Assembly (NCBI GenBank): GCA_965207445.1
Contig: CBDBLX010000002.1
Coordinates: 1,847,849-1,911,848, forward strand
Source of the DNA: Nitrosopumilus sp.
Lineage (GTDB): Archaea > Thermoproteota > Nitrososphaeria > Nitrososphaerales > Nitrosopumilaceae
Length of the DNA: 64,000 bases
Direction of reading: 5' to 3'
A program made the position numbers and the translations under genes. Positions 55,398-64,000 of this stretch are shown here, piece after piece. A model generated the notes under the pieces. The model was not told the origin of the DNA and searched no databases. It saw nothing but the letters and a program-made list of their open reading frames with translations. Each line of letters opens with the position of its first letter. Positions within the stretch are counted from its first letter, which is position 1.

Positions 55398-57500
55398 TCA
55401 TATGCCATCGTCTAGCGCATTCTTCATACTTGTTCTCTTTCGCTTTATAGCAATAAACACCAAGATAATCGCAGATATCCATAATGTTGTGAATAGTATG
55501 TTTGCCACACTAATATACATAAAGGGAGTCAACTCACGCAGATTGCTCTTTATCGTCTGAGCTTTACTATGGATGTCAATCAGACCAGTACTAAATGCAG
55601 AACTATCAATGGGTATAGTCGATATCTTCTCTACTCTATTTATCATCGTGTCTATATTGGCATCTAATCGAACAAGATTTGTCGTGGGTGTATCAAAGAC
55701 CCACACAGGATTCTTTGAGACAAGTATGCCGTTTGCATCCCTCTTTTCAGGGATAAAGTCATTTGCAAGTACTAAAGCCATGTCACTTTTTATCTCTGTC
55801 AAATGTGTGTTTATTGTGACAGTATTAGATGTTGACATTATTCCATCAAGGTGCCCTCTCATGCGGTCAATTGGGTAAATATCTGTACTGTACCCATTGT
55901 ATGCCATAACTCCACCAAATACAATTATTGTAATGATTCCTCCAATTGCTACTTTGTATATTCTATCTGCCATCACTTCACTCTTTGTACGTACTCTATT
56001 TTTAGATTCGGTTGATTTATTTCTTTGAAATCTAGTGTGGGATATACTCATATATGCAATATAAAAGAATCCGGCAGTTTGTAATCCAATTATAGGTACA
56101 AATATAATGTTTGATGTAGTAATTGCAATAAATATTCCCAGCACACCATACGCACCAAAGAATATCTCAAGTAAAGTGACTTGTGAGAATGGTAGATTGT
56201 ATGCATTCTTTTTCCAATCATCCTTGTTCTTTAACTCACCATATTTTGGTGTGCGCAGAAATTCATTCTTTTTACCAATTATTGCATCAAATACTGCGAT
56301 CGTGTTATTTACAGATATACCAGCAGTATATATGAGAAGAAATGGTAGTATTACTGCCTTTGAGACCCATGATGTATCATCATACATACCACGTATTATC
56401 ATCAAATATGCAACAGGGCCCATTGCCAAGTATAGTGCAATTGTAAGTGCCGGTACAAGATTTATCAAATATACGTTAGCATGGCTTGCAAGCAATATTG
56501 GAAGAGCCAAGAACTGTATCAACATGAATGGATATACCACATGACGTGTTAGTTGTATGAATGCCTGTATCTTTGTCTCTACTGCCACACTTTTTTTGAT
56601 TGCAATGTCGGCAAGTAGTTTTACTGCGCACTGTATAGATCCTTTTGCCCATCTGTACTGTTGCCGCTTTGCAGCATTCATCTGCATTGGTAATTCAGCA
56701 TCAACTACAATATCGGGTAAAAATACACATCTCCAGTTCTTCATCTGTGCACGATAACTCAGGTCCAAGTCCTCTACTAGCGTAGCAGTGTGCCATCCAC
56801 CAGAGTCCTCTATACAGCTACGACGCCATATTCCTGCAGTACCATTAAAGTTCATGTATAACCTAGAGTTACTCTTTGCCTTTTGCTCGATTAAAAAGTG
56901 AAAGTCCAGACTTAGTGCTTGTGCACGTGTTATTGCAGAGTATTGTTCGTTTACATGGCCCCATCTGCATTGAACAAGTCCGATGTCTGGTTTTGCAAAG
57001 TGTGGTATGGCTCTCCTGAGAAACCAATCAGGTGGCATAAAATCAGCATCAAATATTGCAACTAGTTCAGTATTGGTGTGTTTCATTGCATATTTGAGGG
57101 CACCTGCTTTGTATCCTGTACGTGTGCCGCGTTGAATGTATTCAATGTCAAATCCTTTTTCTTTGTAGTGTGCTACTGCGCTACGTAAAAGCGGCACAGT
57201 ATCATCATCAGAGTCATCTAATACCATGATGCACATCTTTTCTTTTGGATAGTCAAGAGCACATACTGAATCGACTAGTCGTTTTGCCACGTATTTCTCA
57301 TTGTATATTGGAAGCTGTATTGTGATCGAAGGCTCTCCTGCATCTGGTATGGTATCTGGGCGGTCTTTTCGTCTTTTTGAGAGATATGCCAAATAGTAAA
57401 AGTTACACGTATATGCAGTTATGATAACTGATGCAATGATAAAGATATCAAAGATCACTTTTACTAGGGGAACCATCGGTAGTTCCATGATGTATGGCAT
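55398..57500 (-). CDS. GT2 processive glycosyltransferase (cellulose-synthase-like)
   Basis: QLPIYNE, KAGAL, FDAD, VEDLD, QQYRW; multiple TMs. Confidence 0.92.
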   Translation of the reverse strand: MPYIMELPMVPLVKVIFDIFIIASVIITAYTCNFYYLAYLSKRRKDRPDTIPDAGEPSITIQLPIYNEKYVAKRLVDSVCALDYPKEKMCIMVLDDSDDDTVPLLRSAVAHYKEKGFDIEYIQRGTRTGYKAGALKYAMKHTNTELVAIFDADFMPPDWFLRRAIPHFAKPDIGLVQCRWGHVNEQYSAITRAQALSLDFHFLIEQKAKSNSRLYMNFNGTAGIWRRSCIEDSGGWHTATLVEDLDLSYRAQMKNWRCVFLPDIVVDAELPMQMNAAKRQQYRWAKGSIQCAVKLLADIAIKKSVAVETKIQAFIQLTRHVVYPFMLIQFLALPILLASHANVYLINLVPALTIALYLAMGPVAYLMIIRGMYDDTSWVSKAVILPFLLIYTAGISVNNTIAVFDAIIGKKNEFLRTPKYGELKNKDDWKKNAYNLPFSQVTLLEIFFGAYGVLGIFIAITTSNIIFVPIIGLQTAGFFYIAYMSISHTRFQRNKSTESKNRVRTKSEVMADRIYKVAIGGIITIIVFGGVMAYNGYSTDIYPIDRMRGHLDGIMSTSNTVTINTHLTEIKSDMALVLANDFIPEKRDANGILVSKNPVWVFDTPTTNLVRLDANIDTMINRVEKISTIPIDSSAFSTGLIDIHSKAQTIKSNLRELTPFMYISVANILFTTLWISAIILVFIAIKRKRTSMKNALDDGI

Positions 57501-57613
57501 GTTCTTGTGGCTATTTATGTTTGTAAGTGGTGGGCATTCTAGCAGTCATTAGGTTATTTGAGTACAAATGTGGTTGTTTTGTTGTTGTTGTTGCACACAT
57601 TGTGTGAGATAAA

Positions 57614-58561
57614 TTATTTTTGCTCAAATATCTTTATTGCTTGTGGTGGACATACACCTTCACACGCAAGACAAAATATGCAATCAGGCTCTTTTGACAT
57701 TAATGGTTTTTTCTCAGATGCTGAGTTTCCCGGTGTGTCGAACCATTCGTATACACTTACAGGACACGCTTCAATGCAACCGCCGTCTGCCACACAAATG
57801 TCATAGTCAACTGAGACAAACTCACCCCAGACGCCCATTATAGCATTGCTTGTACCCTTACGTCCCCATGTTTTGATAGTATGTTCAGGTGCACTATATG
57901 ATGCGCTCTGTTTTAGTTTTGTTTTGTACTCTACATCTATTGGTCCTGGTTTGGCGCCATCAGGCATCTCAATCTCACCGGCGTCATCAGAATCATCATC
58001 TCCTTCCTCATCGGATGCTGCAATTTGTTTTGGTTTTGCACCCATGACTATCTTTGCAAGAGGTGTTAACTCTTCTAGTTTTTGAATTGCTATTGGCTCT
58101 GAGACTTTTTCAGTCTTTGCAAAGTAAGATATCATCTTATCTGCCAGTATTGTATTTCGTAGTATTGTATCTATTATCATCTTTGCAAAGTGATCTGCTT
58201 TTTTTCTGTAATCGACTACCCAGTTCTGATCACCGTACTTTTCGATTGGGAATATTTGGTAAATAATATCTACTACTTCTCCTGTCACTATCTCTACTGT
58301 AACTGATAGTTCTGCCTCCTCTGATCTAGACTTGTCAGAGTTGGATTCTTTCCATCGGTAAGTTGCAAATATCCTATCGGCATACATGTCCATCTCAAAT
58401 GCTTTTTTGAGTCCCTCATGTACGGACCATATCTCAGCAGGATCTTCAAGTTTTATTGGCAGTCGGTATAATCCGAGTTTGAATCCATGTAGTGGATATA
58501 CACCACGTTTTGCAGTAGGTGCCTCCATTGACCATACTCTATCCGTTAAGAGTTGCGACAT
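57614..58561 (-). CDS. Dicluster ferredoxin with long N-terminal domain
   Basis: CVADGGCIEACP and CIFCLACEGVCP. Confidence 0.88.
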   Translation of the reverse strand: MSQLLTDRVWSMEAPTAKRGVYPLHGFKLGLYRLPIKLEDPAEIWSVHEGLKKAFEMDMYADRIFATYRWKESNSDKSRSEEAELSVTVEIVTGEVVDIIYQIFPIEKYGDQNWVVDYRKKADHFAKMIIDTILRNTILADKMISYFAKTEKVSEPIAIQKLEELTPLAKIVMGAKPKQIAASDEEGDDDSDDAGEIEMPDGAKPGPIDVEYKTKLKQSASYSAPEHTIKTWGRKGTSNAIMGVWGEFVSVDYDICVADGGCIEACPVSVYEWFDTPGNSASEKKPLMSKEPDCIFCLACEGVCPPQAIKIFEQK

Positions 58562-58843
58562 GATTATTGTATGTGTGATATATTTTCTTTAAAAATCTTC
58601 TCAATATCTTTATGTGACTTTATTGTTGCCTTGATTTGGTAGTGGTGGAGGAGGACAGGTATTGAATTGTTACATGTTGGTGTATGGTGGAGGGGGACAG
58701 GTATTGAATTGTTACATGTTGGTGTATGGTGGAGGGTGTGGGTGTTGGCATATGTTGTTAGGTGTATGTTGTTAGGTGTAGTTAGGTGTATGGTTCCATG
58801 GGTTCAAGATGGTGTGCTATTAGATAACATATACATATAATTA

Positions 58844-59224
58844 TCAATCCGGACAAGTAATCTCCCGAAACTCCATGTATTTTTTTTCAATTATGTCTGC
58901 ATGTTTTTGAACATCTGCCATGTCGTATGTGCTTTTTTTATAGTACCATCTGATCGGTACCATATGTCCGATACCATCGGTATCATGTATCATTCCGTTA
59001 TCTGATGTCACATTTGTCTGTGTGTCAATTGTGCGTTCTTTGAATGCCAATCCGCTCTTTGTGTTATCCAATAGTATGTATGTATCAGATTCGTCTGTAA
59101 TTGTGTAAAACGTTCCTCTTTTGAGGATTTGTCGTCTTTTGTCATTTGTACTATTTTTGACATTGTTTATGGTATTGGACAATGTGACAACCCATCTATT
59201 ATATATGGTTATATTATTTTTCAA
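58844..59224 (-). CDS. Hypothetical protein
   Basis: ORF overlapping the rhodanese stop; start uncertain. Confidence 0.6.
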   Translation of the reverse strand: MKNNITIYNRWVVTLSNTINNVKNSTNDKRRQILKRGTFYTITDESDTYILLDNTKSGLAFKERTIDTQTNVTSDNGMIHDTDGIGHMVPIRWYYKKSTYDMADVQKHADIIEKKYMEFREITCPD

Positions 59225-60068
59225 CTGGGTTTCCGATCATGTTTCCCCATTCGGTCCAAGAGCCATCATAATTGCGTACTCTAGGATAACCTAACAAGTA
59301 TTTTAGGACAAACCAACTGTGTGATGATCGCTCTCCAATACGACAATAACATATGACGTCTTTGTCCGGTGTGATGCCTTTTGGCGCATAATTGGATTTT
59401 AACTCTTCAACGCTTTTAAAAGTGCCATCTTCATCATTTACAGCAGTAAGCCAGGGTATGTTGTTTGCACCAGGTATGTGTCCTCCGCGCTGTGCGTGTT
59501 CTGTAGGATATTCAGGTGGTGCTGTAATCTTGCCTGCAAATTCAGGTGGTGATCTGACATCCACCATTACAGTATCATCTCTTCCTAGTGCTCTGTTGGC
59601 ATCTGCAAAGTATGCTCTGAGTCCTTCGTCTGGTGGTTGTGCCACATATTTTGTGGATGAATCTATTTTAGGTTCCTGACCAGTTATGTATGCTCTGCTC
59701 TCTAACTCCCATTTTTTACGCCCACCATTCATAATCACGACATCTCTGTGACCGTAATATTTGAAGACCCAAAATACAAATGCTGCAAACCAATTGTTAA
59801 AGTCACCATATAGTATGACCTTTGAGTCAGGGGTAATACCGTTTTTTGTCATCAACTCTTCAAATGTTTTTTTGTCAATGATGTCTCGAGTGACTGGATC
59901 GTTAATATCGCGTTTCCACCATATCAAGGTGGCACCATCAATGTGACCTTTTTCATATCCATTTACAGGATCATAATCAACCTCTACAAGTCGTCTGCTG
60001 TCATTAGGTTTGTTATCATTTACCCATTGTGTACTGACTAGTACCTCCGGATGGGCATAATCATTCAT
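59214..60068 (-). CDS. Thiosulfate sulfurtransferase (rhodanese)
   Basis: GHIDGA, GGHIPGA, YCRIGERSS, YDGSWTEW. Confidence 0.95.
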   Translation of the reverse strand: MNDYAHPEVLVSTQWVNDNKPNDSRRLVEVDYDPVNGYEKGHIDGATLIWWKRDINDPVTRDIIDKKTFEELMTKNGITPDSKVILYGDFNNWFAAFVFWVFKYYGHRDVVIMNGGRKKWELESRAYITGQEPKIDSSTKYVAQPPDEGLRAYFADANRALGRDDTVMVDVRSPPEFAGKITAPPEYPTEHAQRGGHIPGANNIPWLTAVNDEDGTFKSVEELKSNYAPKGITPDKDVICYCRIGERSSHSWFVLKYLLGYPRVRNYDGSWTEWGNMIGNPVEK

Positions 60069-60120
60069 GTTATTTGTTGGAATGTGTATTACTTAATTGT
60101 TTGTTGTAGTTGTGGTATGA

Positions 60121-60284
60121 ATGTTTAACCTCTTTCCCAAATTTAGGCATATATTCACCGATTAACATCTGGCGCAGGCACGTGAATTGAACTGGTACGG
60201 CGGTAACCGTTCAAAACCCCTCCTCAAATTTAGGTACAGATTCACCCTCTAACGTCTGGCGCAGGTACGGGGTTGAACAGTTAC
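60121..60284. mobile_element. Tandem MITE copies 5 (~60121-60198, left end degraded) and 6 (60203-60284)
   Basis: Same core CAAATTTAGG..TCTGGCGCAGG; copy 6 GTAACCGTTCAA...TTGAACAGTTAC. Confidence 0.85.
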
Positions 60285-60567
60285 GCCACAACCCCAGAGG
60301 AGTATAAATTTACGAATTATGCAACACGCTACTACTAATTAATCACTATTAATATATACAGATGTGTTACTATAGTCAAACATGTCAAATGCAAGTCCGA
60401 TGACACAGGCTGATATGGATAATACTACTGATTGTACAAGTATTAATCGGTTCTTACAAGAAATAAATTTTACAATAGCACATTGCAAAGATGCAGGTGT
60501 TAAAGTCGAATTACAAGCACAACAAGGAATTTTAACACAACGTAAAATTGATCCATGGTGTTAATTT

Positions 60568-61299
60568 TTGAACAAACAATCATTAGTCTCATTATACTCT
60601 ATAAGAAAAAATATTTTAGCAAACCCATCAGAAAATTTGTTGTACTTTGCAATATTTGGTTCACAAGTGAGAGGCAGTGAGCGTCCTGACAGTGATTTGG
60701 ATTTTTTATATGTTGTGAAAAACCATGATGATCCACTACATGACGCTGTTTGTGACGCCGTTAGAGTAAAGGATGGCATGAATGTGCTGACGCGTTTGCG
60801 TTATACAAAAAAGGGAATATACAAGGAGATGAACATTTATGGTCTGCCTCCTTATAGAGTACTGCGCGGAGAAGATACAATGGTACTTTATAGAACTCCT
60901 GATTTTAATCCACGACTAGTTAAAAAAGTAAATTATGAAGGCAATGCAAAAGAGTATTTTGACCGTGCTACTGGGAATATCTCTAACCCAAAAAATGTTA
61001 CAAAATATTACAAGGCGGGTGACTGGTGTTTTGGGATGCATCATGTAATTAGTGATTTGTTAAAGACGTGCCTTCTTTTTAATCATATCCGATTTCCATA
61101 CACAAAAGATTTGCATGTACTTTATGAAATGTTAAAGCCTGATAAAAGGCCTAGAATGGATGTAGATGTGGTGCAAGGCTGGCAAGACTATTGGCATGAA
61201 CACTATAGAAAGCAAGATAGTTGGGACTGGGATGAAGCAAAAGAGGCAAAACGTATTGCACGGCGTGCCTATAAATTTGTACGTGAAATGTATTCTTAA
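60568..61299 (+). CDS. MNT nucleotidyltransferase-HEPN fusion
   Basis: FGSQVRG...DSDLD; HEPN-like WCFGMHH..LLK...FPYTKDLHVL. Confidence 0.8.
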   Translation: MNKQSLVSLYSIRKNILANPSENLLYFAIFGSQVRGSERPDSDLDFLYVVKNHDDPLHDAVCDAVRVKDGMNVLTRLRYTKKGIYKEMNIYGLPPYRVLRGEDTMVLYRTPDFNPRLVKKVNYEGNAKEYFDRATGNISNPKNVTKYYKAGDWCFGMHHVISDLLKTCLLFNHIRFPYTKDLHVLYEMLKPDKRPRMDVDVVQGWQDYWHEHYRKQDSWDWDEAKEAKRIARRAYKFVREMYS

Positions 61300-61375
61300 T
61301 GAATACAACACGCAATATCTTTAATTCATCTGTCTTGATCCAACGGCTATTATACTAATTTTTTCTATTCATTTC

Positions 61376-62083
61376 ATGAACAAAATGATCTTAATTCCCG
61401 CCGCGTTGACACTCTTGACGCTCGTGTTTGGTATGTCCATTGTGCATGTACAACATGCAGAACACACACATTGGGTGCAGACCGCTTTTGCCCAGAACCA
61501 GACTAACGGTACGTTGGGCTGTCATCCACATGAGGTTATTAACGGTGTTTGTAAACCTGATGATGTCAGAAAATACAAATTTGGCACCATGCTGCTGAAT
61601 ATGTACGACGAGTATGAGATATTCTCAAAGTATGCCTCTTTGGGTGAGGGCGCATCTGGCGCCGCTGCTTCAAGTGGGTCTGATAATCAGCTAATTCCAA
61701 TAATTGTTGTTTTTAAGGATCATGAATGTAGTTTACCTGAGAGTTTGGGCATTGTGAACAAAAGCCCCTGCTTTACGTATCCTGAGAGATCTAGTATGGG
61801 GGTGCGTCTTCCAATATCAAATCTGTATGATCTGGCTGCGCTTGATCATGTAACTGGGGTTGATCTTGACAGTGAACCGGACCCTACTGAATTTTTCAAC
61901 CAATCTTTAGATGATGACATTGCTCCTCTGGTAGATGACACCAGTGTTGTGAATGCGCCCGATTCGACAATCCATAATGGAACGGAACCATACTATACAA
62001 TTTTGGTAGGAATTATCATAGCTGCAACAATGGCAGTGTCTGCAACCCTGTATGTTAAAAAGAGGAACCAAGTTGAAGCATAA
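61376..62083 (+). CDS. Secreted, C-terminally membrane-anchored hypothetical protein
   Basis: Signal peptide, C-terminal TM followed by KKR. Confidence 0.75.
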   Translation: MNKMILIPAALTLLTLVFGMSIVHVQHAEHTHWVQTAFAQNQTNGTLGCHPHEVINGVCKPDDVRKYKFGTMLLNMYDEYEIFSKYASLGEGASGAAASSGSDNQLIPIIVVFKDHECSLPESLGIVNKSPCFTYPERSSMGVRLPISNLYDLAALDHVTGVDLDSEPDPTEFFNQSLDDDIAPLVDDTSVVNAPDSTIHNGTEPYYTILVGIIIAATMAVSATLYVKKRNQVEA

Positions 62084-62176
62084 ATCTCGGTTAACTGCAA
62101 TAATCATAGTTTCGGCATCGCGGGTTATTGGCAGCTATGCATACGCAGATCATATAACAAGCCAAGGTGTATACAT

Positions 62177-63566
62177 CAGTAGTTCGCAATGTGTTTTATA
62201 TGATTTTATTTAAATAATCTGCAATGTCGTTGAACGTTGATGATCATATTTGATCAGATCAAATAGAAAGTATAATATGTGGGGACATTTTAGTACCTCT
62301 GATAATATATGAAAAATGAGGTACTAGAACATCAATATGAATTAGGACAAGTAAATTATAAAGTTTTACGAAAACGATTCGACGATCTCGGACTAGACAT
62401 ATCAACCAGATATAACCACACGTATGAGGTGGATGATTATCTTGGTACACTTGTCACCATGTCACTCAACAACATGTGCGTAAATGCAGCAACACACAAA
62501 AGAAAACGCAATGAGGCTAACTATTTTAGAAAAAACGAGCGCATAAACATACCATCTGAAAATACTGTGCTCAAATGCCTAAAAAGTGCAGATCTAGAGA
62601 AAGTGAAAAAGTGGGGTGACGAGAATGTCAAAGCAATGCTCAAGAATGCCAAAAAACACAACATGCTCAAAAAAGGTGGTACTATTGCAATTGATATGAC
62701 CGGATGGGAATATTATGGCAAGGCACTCAAACCCGAGATGCTAAAAACAAAGCCCAAAAATGGTACTGCGAGATTTCATTCATTTATGACGGCACAAATG
62801 GTAAATCAAGCAGGTAACATACCTTTGTTTGCACATCGTGTGACCAGTAAGGATAAAATGGTCACAGTCATGCGTAAAATCATTGAAAAATTAATTCGAG
62901 AGGATGCACGTCCGGAACTTGGCCTCTTTGATCGGGGTTTTTACAATGTTGCATGCATAGATGAACTTTTGCGCTTGCGCCTGTCTTTCATAATGCCGGC
63001 AATTAAAAATAAGCGCATACAAAAATATATTTTAGAAGTTCACAACAAAAAGAGGAAAACTGCATCAGTCATTGAGATGCGTGATAAAAACAAAAAAGCA
63101 GTAAAGTTCACATTACTTATCGTCAAAAAAAATAATGCCAAAGAAACTGATAAAACAGTCGATCAGTATGTGGCATTTGCCACAAATATGAAAATCACTA
63201 GCAAAAGCAAACTCATCAAAACCATCCCAGAGACTTATCGCAAGCGCTGGATAATAGAGACGGGATACAGAGTGATAAAAAACACGACTCCAAAGACAAC
63301 TAGCAACGCCTTGCAGCTTCGATTACTGTTGATATTTTTTGGAATGTTATTATATGGTTTATGGGTAATGGCAAGGTACGAAAATTACGGCGGACTTGTA
63401 GATGAAAAATTATTCACAATGGATGCGTTTGTAGATTCAATTGCCGGTTCAATCAGAAGACTGCTTCGGTGGGAATTGGAGCACGGTGGTTCCTTACCAT
63501 TGTAAATCTATCGTACTGCATAATTAGAAATAAGATCATTAAAATTGAGCACATTGCGAACTACTG
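62177..63566 (+). mobile_element. ISH3-family IS copy B (1390 bp), ACAT target duplication
   Basis: Same TIRs and length as copy A; ACAT on both flanks. Confidence 0.93.
62309..63505 (+). CDS. ISH3/IS4-superfamily DDE transposase
   Basis: 398 aa; about 5 substitutions versus 19684-20880 by eye. Confidence 0.93.
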   Translation: MKNEVLEHQYELGQVNYKVLRKRFDDLGLDISTRYNHTYEVDDYLGTLVTMSLNNMCVNAATHKRKRNEANYFRKNERINIPSENTVLKCLKSADLEKVKKWGDENVKAMLKNAKKHNMLKKGGTIAIDMTGWEYYGKALKPEMLKTKPKNGTARFHSFMTAQMVNQAGNIPLFAHRVTSKDKMVTVMRKIIEKLIREDARPELGLFDRGFYNVACIDELLRLRLSFIMPAIKNKRIQKYILEVHNKKRKTASVIEMRDKNKKAVKFTLLIVKKNNAKETDKTVDQYVAFATNMKITSKSKLIKTIPETYRKRWIIETGYRVIKNTTPKTTSNALQLRLLLIFFGMLLYGLWVMARYENYGGLVDEKLFTMDAFVDSIAGSIRRLLRWELEHGGSLPL

Positions 63567-63569
63567 ACA

Positions 63570-63683
63570 TAATAGTTTCATTAAAGATCCGATAGTTTTC
63601 TAATATTTTATATTCATAATATGTGCTCAACTTCGAGATGAATATCAATCAAAATATCGGATCTTTAATCATATCAGTATGCA
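63570..63683. repeat. 114-bp palindromic dispersed element, copy B (inverted relative to A)
   Basis: Near-exact reverse complement of 40297-40410. Confidence 0.9.
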
Positions 63684-64000
63684 AGAGAGGTTTCAGTATT
63701 TTCTTGAGGAGCACGATTCACACGGTGTTGTGATATGCGAAAAATTCAACGCAAAGATGAAAAGGAGGACTGAGCAAGTGATCCGACGATTGCAAACCAA
63801 TAACTTTCCAATTCCGACATCTTTACCTAGAATTGACCCACGCATACAAAATGGAGATCATACACAGCAACCAATTCTAAACCTTGCAGACTTCTTTGTG
63901 TATCTTCCATACACTTACAAGACAAGCGGTCAATACTCTCCATATTATGGATTGATTATGCACAAATACTTCAATCTAAAAGGCGATAGATTTCATACTG
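63679..64000 (+). pseudogene. DUF3800-family gene, 5'-truncated, running off the window end
   Basis: Manual translation: MQERFQYFLEEHDSHGVVICE...PILNLADFFVY. Confidence 0.65.

Noticed and set aside
60121..60284. Tandem 81-bp repeats as a mini-CRISPR or integron attC array
   Set aside because: Only 4 bp separate the copies, the other copies are dispersed in both orientations, one has a TSD, and no integrase is present. A MITE fits better.
573..62450. Numerous short antisense or alternate-frame ORFs in the track (e.g. 3495-4082, 34991-35656, 42966-43451, 48289-48918)
   Set aside because: They are shadows of well-supported genes on the other strand or frame, with no motifs of their own.

Overview
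Archaeal DNA of the Thaumarchaeota (Nitrosopumilaceae-like). The IS load, pseudogenes, long AT-rich spacers and repeat expansions suggest a host-associated or genome-degrading lineage (inference). The backbone is core: ftsY-argF, rpl18-rps5-rpl30-rpl15-secY-adk-DUF106-cmk-cbf5, tRNA-Ser(GGA) with an intron, OFOR alpha/beta, cofE, two leuC/leuD-type pairs, rpoD-rpl18e-rpl13-rps9, the exosome superoperon (sdo1-rrp4-rrp41-rrp42-rpl37ae-pcc1-pfdB), XPF, Nob1, NAD kinase, GT2, ferredoxin and rhodanese. Mobile DNA on top of this includes an intact IS630 splitting an epimerase gene, two near-identical ISH3-family elements, IS5 and IS66 relics, six copies of an ~81-bp GTAACCGTTCAA-ended MITE, and two copies of a 114-bp palindromic element that sits at gene truncation points. 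The best candidate for an undescribed system is a GC-richer island (~40.3-43.7 kb). It carries a MORC/GHKL ATPase fused to an AbiEi-like antitoxin domain, directly followed by a frameshifted, truncated AbiEii nucleotidyltransferase that the ORF track misses, and preceded by a gene with a duplicated unknown domain around a coiled coil. Many essential proteins also carry low-complexity or tandem-repeat insertions. All family calls come from motif recognition by eye, not database searches.
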